Positions 9,409-17,770 of a stretch of DNA of 46,661 nt are shown in pieces. Each line of letters begins with the position of its first letter. Position 1 is the stretch's first letter. The position numbers and the translations under genes were made by a program. Origin of the DNA: Candidatus Nanohalarchaeota archaeon (lineage in GTDB: Archaea; EX4484-52; B79-G9); the NCBI GenBank assembly GCA_003660865.1, contig QMVA01000001.1:1-46661 (forward strand), in the 5' to 3' direction. The notes under the pieces are model-generated. The model was not told the origin of the DNA. It ran no database searches and saw only the letters and a program-made list of their open reading frames with translations.

Positions 9409-10515
9409 ATGCCTAAAGGATTTGCTTATACTCTGTTTGTGCTGACAGTAACATTATCGTTAGTTACGATGATAAGCATACATGCATCATCTGAAAATAC
9501 TATTGAAACACCATCGAGAATCAGGAGCAGTCTGTTGTTAACTGTCTTGAATGATATAAATGATGACCTCTCGAGAAGTTCATATATCGCAACTAAAAGA
9601 GCAATCTTAAGTTTAGTTGACTATATGGTAACTAATGGAACATTTATTAATGATACGGAGTCTGCTATATTTTATGCGAGTACAACCGGAGAGTATAATG
9701 GATCAGCACTTTCATTAATGGAAAACACAACAATCAATGACTGGACTGTGTCAATACAGGATATACTGGGTAAAATGGGTGTAGAAGGTACGGTTACTCT
9801 TGAAAGCTACACAATCAGGCAGAGGGACTTATACAATATCGAGCTTGCAACGGTCTATGAGTTGGATATTTATGATCCTATCTCTACAATTCGCATGAAA
9901 AGGAATACAACGCAAAATGTGACGATTGATTATAATTCTTTTGAGGATCCTCTTAACACTGTCAAGAGTAACCTGCTGTTTTCAACGGCATATCTGATGT
10001 GCAACATGTCCGGAGCATACGGCAAGGCGCTGGTGTCGGAAACAAATGCAACGAACTGGACTGTCGGGAGAGTATTTAAGTCAACTGGTCCGGGTGATAT
10101 TGTTTCGTTGTCGAGTAGCGTGAGGGCTGGAAGAATACTTATTACGCACAATATCTCAAGCTATGCACTGTCTGACATAGAGGAGTTTAAAGGCGTGATA
10201 TCTGAAACATCCGACGACCTCGCAGGTGTTACGATACCAAAAATCATAGGGACAGGCGATGCTTGTTCTAATACTGATGGGTCTTATATCGCGGCGATGA
10301 GTACAGAGATAGATAGATGGATAAATAGTATCATGACGTCTCAAGGAACTACATGTTTCATTGAACATGAATTAGGACCTACGTTCTTTGATCGCATGGA
10401 GGGAAATATAACGTATGGCAGATATAGCGGACCTGGAATTGCAACGTTTATAGACCCTACTATCCTGCCGAAAAACCCGCAAAAAGAACTTGATTTTGTA
10501 TACTGGAGCCCGTAG
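9409..10515 (+). CDS. Pilin-like secreted protein (class III signal peptide)
   Basis: The start was set at ATG 9409 (MPKG/FAYTLFVLTVTLSLVTMI): K-G at -2/-1, Phe at +1, then a hydrophobic helix. Many N-x-S/T sequons are present. The track ORF starts at 9388, inside the previous gene. Confidence 0.7.
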   Translation: MPKGFAYTLFVLTVTLSLVTMISIHASSENTIETPSRIRSSLLLTVLNDINDDLSRSSYIATKRAILSLVDYMVTNGTFINDTESAIFYASTTGEYNGSALSLMENTTINDWTVSIQDILGKMGVEGTVTLESYTIRQRDLYNIELATVYELDIYDPISTIRMKRNTTQNVTIDYNSFEDPLNTVKSNLLFSTAYLMCNMSGAYGKALVSETNATNWTVGRVFKSTGPGDIVSLSSSVRAGRILITHNISSYALSDIEEFKGVISETSDDLAGVTIPKIIGTGDACSNTDGSYIAAMSTEIDRWINSIMTSQGTTCFIEHELGPTFFDRMEGNITYGRYSGPGIATFIDPTILPKNPQKELDFVYWSP

Positions 10516-10519
10516 TGGA

Positions 10520-13141
10520 CTATTCAATAATTACTGGCGCGTTTTTGTCCCGATTAAACATCTCAAAGTACAATCCTTTTATCTTTTCGAGTTCCTGTCT
10601 TAAGACTTCACTTTCATTCTGGACAGCGCGCATTTTTCTTTCCAACATGTCGCTTGTCATGCCGTTTCCGGATTGAATCATCTCAATTTTCTCTGTGAGA
10701 TTCTTAAGTTTCTCATCATACATTTTTTTATTATCATTTGAGTTCGCGCCTGATTTTTCTTCTTTTTTTGCGTAGTTTTCCAGTATTGTTTTGACGTCGT
10801 CAGCAAGTTCTGTTTTTGTATCTTTCAGCAAAATTATGTCGCTTTCAATCTGTGAAAGCCGCTCTACAATTGGGTTGACTGTGGTTTTAATTTTTTCATG
10901 AGCACTTTTGCTGACTTCGAGATGTCTCTGTTCAAGTTTCCTGTTCAAAAGTGCGACTGATTTTGCAATCTTATTCTGGTTCGATACATGGGGCATGAGT
11001 TTATTGTCAAAGAGATCCTCTACTTCTGAATAGTTTACTTTCTTTTCGGATTTCTTTATGTTGTTCTTCAATTCGTTAATGTCGCTTAATATTTTTGCCT
11101 TGAACTCAGCAAATTCCTCGTAATTGTGTGATTCACTTTTGCTTTTTCCTGTTTTCTTTGATGTGTCTGAGATATATTTCTTCAGAGGAAGCAACTTTGC
11201 GTTGAATTCATTTCTTAAGGTATACATCAAGACTTTCTGTTTCAGTGTCTCGTTTTTGACTTTTGATTTAATGTCAGTACTTAATGTGTTAATATTCTCA
11301 ACAACATCCGATAGTTCGGCGGTGACAGTTTTGTTGACTGCGCTATCAACATCATGCGTTATCCTATCTTTCACATAATCTTTATTATTTGCAACATGGT
11401 TTTCGATATCAGTAATCCTTTTCTCTGTCCTGTTATGTACCTGATACAACTTAGATACATTTTCTTTCAGTACTGGAATGTACTTTATATAATCTGCGCC
11501 ATTAGAGTTCCGTGAATCCAACTTACGGGATAACTTTTTCTCTACGGATTGCATACTTGCTATCATGTTGTCAATATCGCTGAAGCGGCCCTCAAATTCA
11601 TTGCTTTTGCTCTTCAACTTATTCAGCAGTTTAGTTGTATGGTCGAGTGTATTCAATCTTTTTTTCTGGTCCTCGATACTCTCTGAAAACTGCTCAACTT
11701 CTGCTTTTATTTCGTCGAGCAGTTTGACCTTTTTAGCGAGTTTTGAATTTTTCCTGTTGCATGCGGTAATATCATCTGATAATTTGTCCAGTTCTTCGGA
11801 GGAAGCGCGGGAATGCTCAAGATTTTCAATCTTTTTTTTCATTTCGTTTAGTATTCCTAATTGATTGTTCATTGAGTTCAGTTTCAGTTTATCAGCCGCG
11901 TCCTGTTCGCGAATCCTCCTGAGTTCTGTTTTTGTCTCTTCGAGCAGTTTGACCTTTTCGGCGAGCTTTGAATTTTTCGTGTTGCATGCGGTAATGTCAT
12001 CTGATAATTTGTCCAGTTCTTCGGAGGAAGCGCGGGAATGCTCAAGATTTTCAATCTTCTTTTTCATATCGTTTAGTATTCCTAACTGATTGTTCATTGA
12101 GTTCAGTTTCAGCTTATCGGCCGCGTCCTGTTCACGAATCCTCCTGAGTTCTGTTTTTGTTTTGTCGAGCAGTTTAATCTTTTCTTCGAGTTCGCCTGTA
12201 TTCTTTTTGCATCCTGCGATTTCATTCGTCAACTTGTCGATTTCTTCTTTGTTTGTATCCAGAAGACTACGGGCAATGTCCTGTTTCATGTGCCTTATCT
12301 TTGAATCGAGAACAGTCACAAGTTTTTTATCCATTACCCTGAAGCCATCAACAATTTTCGCCTGCTCGCCAAGTTGCCGAAGTGTTTTTTCGTTGTTCTC
12401 ACTAATCCTTGATTCAAATTCTTTTGCACCTTTTCTTGATGCCTTAACAAGACTTTCTACTTTATCAACTACATCTTTCAGGGTTGCGATTTCTGCCTTA
12501 ACAGCATCAATTTCTGCTTTATCAAGGCTTCCATTTGAACCAGTTCGGGTTGAAAGCATTGATTTGAATTTATTGTCTCTTTTTTCAAGGTCGCTTTTTA
12601 TGGTGGAAACAAATTTCCTGAATTCTGTATCTATATTGTTATATTTGCGCTCAAGGTCAATCATCTTTGAGGCATTGTTTTTTGGACTCTGATTTTCTGC
12701 TATTTTTTTAATTGAATCAAGTTCTGATTTAAGGGATGAGATGCTTTTCTCAAAATTTGTTGTGTCTCTTTTCGCATCCGGGGCTGTAATCTTTGTGCTT
12801 ATCATCTTTATGGCGCCGGAGAGTAATTTCATTTTGCCTTGAAGAGTTTCCATGTCGTCTGTGAGTTTAAGGATTTCGTCCTGGGCCTGTATTGTCTCTA
12901 GTTTTGTGATTAACTCAAGATCTTCCATCTCGCGCAGTTTTTCCTGAATCTGTGCAAGTCTTGCCAGTGACTCTTTTAAATCTTTTATCTCACTTGTTGC
13001 TTTGATGCTCTCTTTCAGTTTGTCCAGAGAGTTTTCTAAGATAATAACCTTTTTTTCAATTTCAATCTCGACACTCTTTTTCTGAATATCTAATGGCATC
13101 TTCTCTGCTACAGATTTTGATGAATTCCTGCTTGTGAACAT
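10520..13141 (-). CDS. 873-aa coiled-coil protein with internal 75-aa tandem repeats
   Basis: The composition is rich in K/E/L heptad-like sequence throughout, with no TM segment and no enzymatic motif. The repeat ...KLNSMNNQLGILN(D/E)MKKKIENLEHSRASSEELDKLSDDITACN... occurs at least twice, nearly identically. Confidence 0.8.
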   Translation of the reverse strand: MFTSRNSSKSVAEKMPLDIQKKSVEIEIEKKVIILENSLDKLKESIKATSEIKDLKESLARLAQIQEKLREMEDLELITKLETIQAQDEILKLTDDMETLQGKMKLLSGAIKMISTKITAPDAKRDTTNFEKSISSLKSELDSIKKIAENQSPKNNASKMIDLERKYNNIDTEFRKFVSTIKSDLEKRDNKFKSMLSTRTGSNGSLDKAEIDAVKAEIATLKDVVDKVESLVKASRKGAKEFESRISENNEKTLRQLGEQAKIVDGFRVMDKKLVTVLDSKIRHMKQDIARSLLDTNKEEIDKLTNEIAGCKKNTGELEEKIKLLDKTKTELRRIREQDAADKLKLNSMNNQLGILNDMKKKIENLEHSRASSEELDKLSDDITACNTKNSKLAEKVKLLEETKTELRRIREQDAADKLKLNSMNNQLGILNEMKKKIENLEHSRASSEELDKLSDDITACNRKNSKLAKKVKLLDEIKAEVEQFSESIEDQKKRLNTLDHTTKLLNKLKSKSNEFEGRFSDIDNMIASMQSVEKKLSRKLDSRNSNGADYIKYIPVLKENVSKLYQVHNRTEKRITDIENHVANNKDYVKDRITHDVDSAVNKTVTAELSDVVENINTLSTDIKSKVKNETLKQKVLMYTLRNEFNAKLLPLKKYISDTSKKTGKSKSESHNYEEFAEFKAKILSDINELKNNIKKSEKKVNYSEVEDLFDNKLMPHVSNQNKIAKSVALLNRKLEQRHLEVSKSAHEKIKTTVNPIVERLSQIESDIILLKDTKTELADDVKTILENYAKKEEKSGANSNDNKKMYDEKLKNLTEKIEMIQSGNGMTSDMLERKMRAVQNESEVLRQELEKIKGLYFEMFNRDKNAPVIIE
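11712..12250. repeat. 225-bp in-frame tandem repeat inside the coiled-coil gene (about 2 near-identical copies plus a diverged third)
   Basis: Plus-strand shadow ORFs restart with identical MFIEFSFSLSAASCSRILLSSVFV at 11865 and 12090 (period 225). Direct comparison of 11715-11945 with 11940-12170 shows only a few mismatches. Confidence 0.9.
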
Positions 13142-13530
13142 TACATTCCTCTCTCAAATTATACTGCTTTTCTTATCTGTGTATGTTGTCAAAGCCACAT
13201 ATATTACCTGTGCATGTACCTTTGTCACATAGGTTCAAGGCAAATTGATTTTTGTTGAACGTTGCTCCTCGTTATGTTTTGACTTGACTATGTTGTATTA
13301 ACGGTGATTCATATAGAATAATGACGTTCTATATATAAATAATTTATCTGAGTCAATATCGAAAAATAAGGATTGTATAGTTGAAGAGATTCGTTTTAAG
13401 TATAGACCCGTGCTAAGAATTATCTTCTATTTTTTCTTCTTGGAACAATCGCCATTAATAAAGGTTTCTGAAACATAACTTATCAGTAATAAAACGTATA
13501 GCTGTCCTCAAAGTAAGGAGTTGCATTTCG

Positions 13531-14856
13531 ATGTCATGGACAAAAATTTCTGGATTTAAAAAGGATATTATACATAAAAAAACGAGCATTGCACTTATAG
13601 GATTAGGGTATGTAGGACTGCCACTTGCCATGACTTTTGCTAAGAAAGGGTTTAATGTGTATGGTTATGATGTTGACAAGGCTAAAATACAATCCTTAAA
13701 ACGCAGGGAAAATTATCTTGAAAGCGAAGTGTGGATGACAAAGGTACTCAGGAAATCGCAGACATTTTGCCCTTCGGTGGATGTTGAAAATTCAGGTATT
13801 CACGACATAATTATTGTTGCAGTTCCCACTCCTGCTGATCCGGTGACTAAACGGCCAGTTTATGACTATATAGAGTCTTCGGCGAGAGCTGTTGGCGCGA
13901 ATCTGAAAAAGGGCAGTCTTGTCATTCTTGAGTCAACAGTAGGGCCTGGCACAACAGAGGGGCTGTTCAGAAAAATTATTGAGTCTGTGTCGGGCTTAAG
14001 GGTCGGGCATGACTTTGGCCTTGGCTATTCACCGGAGCGTGTCAACCCGGGCGATGAAGAGCACAGGATAGAAAACATCCCGAAAGTCGTGAGCGGCATA
14101 GATGATGCGAGTGCTTGTGCTTGTGCCTGTATCTACAGCCAAATCGTTCCTTCAGTCTATAAGACACCGACAATAAAAGAAGCAGAACTCACCAAACTTC
14201 TTGAAAATATCCAGAGAGATGTGAATATTGCTCTTGTAAATGAATTCGCAAAAATCTGCGATATACTCGACGCAGATGTCACAAAAGTTATCGAGGCTGC
14301 CTCTACAAAATGGAACTTTTACAGTGTCTTGCCCGGATGCGGTGTAGGTGGTCATTGCCTTCCTGATGACCCGTGGTTTCTCATGCATGAGCTCGAAAAA
14401 AAGGGATATACTTCGGAGTTGATTAAAACAGCAAGAAAAACAAATGATGAAATGCCTGCATATACGGCGCGCAAGGTGAATCTGCTTCTTGGCGGAAAAC
14501 CAAATGGTGCGAAGATAGCGATACTTGGTCTCGCATACAAAAACGATTCGTCGGATGTGCGGAACACCCCGGCGAAAGCGATTGTTGATGAAATAAAGAA
14601 TATTGGCTATACAAATCTCATAGCTCATGACCCGTATGTCAGTAAAGTAGAGTGGATAGAGACAGATACTTTTGAGAATACAATAAAAGACGCGGAACTT
14701 ATAATTGCCACAACATCTCACAAATGCATAAAGAGCATGTCTGCGACTGACCTGAGAAGGCTCGCGCCCCAGACATCAGTGATTGACGGCAGGAACATGT
14801 TCGACAAGAGTCAATTCCTGAAAATGCATATAAAATATGCAGGGATCGGGCGGTGA
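13531..14856 (+). CDS. UDP-sugar 6-dehydrogenase family (UDP-ManNAc/UDP-glucose dehydrogenase-like)
   Basis: 441 aa with an N-terminal Rossmann motif IALIGLGYVGLPLA, a catalytic-Cys region GVGGHCLPDDP, and a C-terminal UDP-binding domain pattern. Confidence 0.9.
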   Translation: MSWTKISGFKKDIIHKKTSIALIGLGYVGLPLAMTFAKKGFNVYGYDVDKAKIQSLKRRENYLESEVWMTKVLRKSQTFCPSVDVENSGIHDIIIVAVPTPADPVTKRPVYDYIESSARAVGANLKKGSLVILESTVGPGTTEGLFRKIIESVSGLRVGHDFGLGYSPERVNPGDEEHRIENIPKVVSGIDDASACACACIYSQIVPSVYKTPTIKEAELTKLLENIQRDVNIALVNEFAKICDILDADVTKVIEAASTKWNFYSVLPGCGVGGHCLPDDPWFLMHELEKKGYTSELIKTARKTNDEMPAYTARKVNLLLGGKPNGAKIAILGLAYKNDSSDVRNTPAKAIVDEIKNIGYTNLIAHDPYVSKVEWIETDTFENTIKDAELIIATTSHKCIKSMSATDLRRLAPQTSVIDGRNMFDKSQFLKMHIKYAGIGR

Positions 14857-14862
14857 TGAGAT

Positions 14863-16155
14863 ATGGGATTGCCAATATTAGTACCTGTCATCGGATCACA
14901 AATCATTTTCGGGGCTTTTGCAAAACTCAAAAAGAAACCGTATGTTCTGCCTGCTAAGTGTGATTATAAGCCGACTATCTGTGTTGTGATTCCTGCAAAA
15001 AACGAAGGTCTGCGTATTCAGTATGCTTTGGCGTCACTTGAAATGCAGACGTATCCTGTTGAGAAAGTATATGTGATTGACGACGGTTCAGAAGACAATA
15101 CAATTGAAGTAGTGCGAAAAATGAATATTCTGATGAAGGACACTGAGATTGAACTATATGGCCATAAGAGGTCACACGGCAAAACACCGGGCGTAAAGTT
15201 TGCAACAAGAACAGCAACCACAGATAAAATAATGGTACTTGATGCAGATACAATACTTTCAGATCCGCACTACATTGAAAAAATCGTGAGGGCACACTCG
15301 GATCCAAAAACAGGGTGCAGTTATGGTGCAGTTACGCCGTTCTCAAGGAAAGAGCAGCTAAAAACGCTGTTTGAGATGCTTCTAACAAAACATTATCCAG
15401 TCTCAAGAGAACTTATCATGCAATACAAAAACAAAGTGAAAATGCGCCCTGTTGATAAAATAAAATATTATCTACTTCGCTGGCCAGTTGAGAGATATCG
15501 TGAAGCACTGTACCTTACGGACCAGTACTTTTCGAAGGACAGCGCACTACGCGTCTATGGTACGACACTTTTTCCTATAGGATGTGGGGTGCTGTATGAC
15601 AGGAAACTTCTAAAGAGCCAATTCGATATCTATGAGAGTACACTTGGCGACAATCTTACGACGTCAGAAGATATATTCATTGGATTTTCACTTGTGAATG
15701 AAGGCTACAAGAACGTACAAATAGCAGACGCAAAAATGATAAGTGCTGAGCCGCGCGTTGACAGGCTGCCAAGACAGCTTTTCTTATGGACATCTTCATT
15801 TTTCCAAAGTGCCTACTACTTCAGAAATATGACATTTGCCCTGAAACGCAAAAACAACAGACCTGCTGTTGGCTGGGTAATACTTCCGCCTATCTTTGAA
15901 AAAATTACATATCCTCTGGCCCTTGCGTATCTTGTCTGGTTTGATTACTGGTATGCTCTTCTTACACTTATGATAGAGTTCATAGCATATATGGCTATAT
16001 TGCGGATGTCTGACCCAAAAATGTCCAAAATGCACTTTTTTAAAATATGTGTTGTGGCACTTCCGCTTCGTGTTGTCAACCTGTTCCTGGACATATATGT
16101 GACATTTCGCTTTGTAATTGACCTTATAATCGGACGGAGGAATTGGAGAAAATGA
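14863..16155 (+). CDS. Membrane-integrated family 2 glycosyltransferase, processive-synthase type
   Basis: Contains VVIPAKNE...VIDDGSEDNT, DAD, a TED-like TSEDIF motif, and RQLFLW in the position of Q(Q/R)xRW. Hydrophobic helices flank the catalytic domain. Confidence 0.85.
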   Translation: MGLPILVPVIGSQIIFGAFAKLKKKPYVLPAKCDYKPTICVVIPAKNEGLRIQYALASLEMQTYPVEKVYVIDDGSEDNTIEVVRKMNILMKDTEIELYGHKRSHGKTPGVKFATRTATTDKIMVLDADTILSDPHYIEKIVRAHSDPKTGCSYGAVTPFSRKEQLKTLFEMLLTKHYPVSRELIMQYKNKVKMRPVDKIKYYLLRWPVERYREALYLTDQYFSKDSALRVYGTTLFPIGCGVLYDRKLLKSQFDIYESTLGDNLTTSEDIFIGFSLVNEGYKNVQIADAKMISAEPRVDRLPRQLFLWTSSFFQSAYYFRNMTFALKRKNNRPAVGWVILPPIFEKITYPLALAYLVWFDYWYALLTLMIEFIAYMAILRMSDPKMSKMHFFKICVVALPLRVVNLFLDIYVTFRFVIDLIIGRRNWRK

Positions 16156-17144
16156 ACTCAACAATGAAAGAGAAAATACTGGTGACCGGTGGAGCCGGAT
16201 TTATCGGAACCCATGTAGTACAGAAACTGCTGGAGGAAAAGGATGATGTTCACATTGTTATTCTTGACAATTTTTCTGTTGGTAAGGCAGACCGCTTCAT
16301 GCCGTTCTGTACAGGTACAAAGAGGCTTGATATAGTTAAGGGTGATGTGCGGGATGAAAAAATTCTGGATAAAGTACTGTCAGGTACAAATATTGTCTAT
16401 CATCTTGCGGCTGTTGTCGGTGTTGATCGCGTGATATCTATGCCGGAAGAAACATGGGATGTTGAGGTTAATGGTACGAAAATGCTCATTGAAAAATGTA
16501 TTTATCATAAAGTAAAGCGTTTCTTTCTGGCGTCGTCTTCAGAGTGCTATGGCAAGTACTCTTCTCATAGTCTGCCTATGAAAGAAAGTGATTCTATAAT
16601 GCCAAATACAAACTATGGAAAGGCAAAGTACGAGTGTGAAAAGATATGTGAACAATACAATCGTGAAGGCAGGATTAGCTGCGTGGCTGCAAGGTATTTT
16701 AATGTATATGGCAAGTTCCAGAGTTTCAATGGCTATGTGATTCCTAATATGGTGATGCAGGCTCTCAATAATGAGCCGATTAAAATATACGGGCATGGCG
16801 ACCAGCTGCGTGATTTTATGTATATAGATGATACGGTTGATGCTACAATAAAACTTATAGAGAGTGAGCTTACCGGAGTATATAATATTGGTTCCGGTAA
16901 GTGTACGAGTATCAAAAATATTGCTGAAACGATAATAAAACTTACTGGTTCTGATTCGATGATAACGCATGTGCCGATAAGACGTCCTACTGATATAGAG
17001 AGCAAACTAAGTGATAATTCGAAAATCAGAAAATCAACTAACTGGAAGATCGGGCATGATATAAACACAGGACTCAAAGAGACAATCAATAGCTATAGGA
17101 GGTATTTGAATGAATGTAATTGCAATATGCGCACATCCGGATGA
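16152..17144 (+). CDS. NAD-dependent epimerase/dehydratase (extended SDR, UDP-glucuronate decarboxylase-like)
   Basis: Contains GGAGFIG, SSSECYG and YGKAKYECE (YxxxK). The ATG at 16152 overlaps the upstream TGA (ATGA) and lies 11 nt after a GGAGG. The track uses TTG 16143. Confidence 0.9.
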   Translation: MNSTMKEKILVTGGAGFIGTHVVQKLLEEKDDVHIVILDNFSVGKADRFMPFCTGTKRLDIVKGDVRDEKILDKVLSGTNIVYHLAAVVGVDRVISMPEETWDVEVNGTKMLIEKCIYHKVKRFFLASSSECYGKYSSHSLPMKESDSIMPNTNYGKAKYECEKICEQYNREGRISCVAARYFNVYGKFQSFNGYVIPNMVMQALNNEPIKIYGHGDQLRDFMYIDDTVDATIKLIESELTGVYNIGSGKCTSIKNIAETIIKLTGSDSMITHVPIRRPTDIESKLSDNSKIRKSTNWKIGHDINTGLKETINSYRRYLNECNCNMRTSG

Positions 17145-17766
17145 TATAGAAATCAACTGTGCAGGTACCTTGCTAAAGCACGTTGCACAGGGCGATAAGG
17201 TTGTGATGGTATCTGTGTCCGATGGCGGAACAACAAACTATGAGCGTGAAATTGTCAGAAGCAGTGAGACGGCAGTGTCTGAAGCCAAGAAGGCAGCATT
17301 GATTATTGGAGCAAAGCTGTATGTGCTCAATTATAAGGCGCTTGACATACCCTACAACCACGAAATAATTTCGGAGCTTGAATCACTTATTACCAAGCAT
17401 GACATTGATATAGTCTATACACACTGGCATAGTCATACGAATCAGGATCATAGAAGGGTAAGCAGGTCTGTTCTCGCGGCTGCAAGATGTGTCAATAGGG
17501 TGCTCATGTGGGAAGAGGGAATACCGCATTCTTTGTGCTTTTCCGGATTCAATCCCCAGTTGTATGTAGATGTAACAGAACATATGGACAAAAAAATAGA
17601 GGCTATTCGCGCTCATGAATCGCAGGTTGAGAAATATGCTGAGGATATAGTAGATGCGATTACAGCGCGCGCAAGGTACAGGGGATACCAGATGCGTGTG
17701 AGGTATGCTGAGTGTTTTGAGGTAAGTAAGCTTACAAATGAGGGATTTTCTGAAAAAAGATTGTGA
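17110..17766 (+). CDS. PIG-L / LmbE-family N-acetylglucosaminyl deacetylase
   Basis: The N-terminal AHPDDIE motif and a downstream H..H..DH zinc-site-like motif (HWHSHTNQDH) are the hallmarks of the PIG-L/LmbE/BshB/MshB family. Confidence 0.85.
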   Translation: MNVIAICAHPDDIEINCAGTLLKHVAQGDKVVMVSVSDGGTTNYEREIVRSSETAVSEAKKAALIIGAKLYVLNYKALDIPYNHEIISELESLITKHDIDIVYTHWHSHTNQDHRRVSRSVLAAARCVNRVLMWEEGIPHSLCFSGFNPQLYVDVTEHMDKKIEAIRAHESQVEKYAEDIVDAITARARYRGYQMRVRYAECFEVSKLTNEGFSEKRL

Positions 17767-17770
17767 TGCT

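Noticed and set aside
11712-12250. Possible CRISPR array, because of regularly repeated sequence
   Set aside because: The period is 225 bp with no repeat-spacer alternation. The repeats are in frame within a long ORF and encode coiled-coil sequence.
11565-12692. Three plus-strand ORFs of 99, 74 and 200 aa (S/F/L-rich) that restart with the same MFIEFSFSL peptide
   Set aside because: They are antisense shadows of the coiled-coil gene. Their low-complexity Ser/Phe/Leu composition is the complement of K/E/L codons, and their periodic restarts only reflect the 225-bp repeat in the real minus-strand gene.
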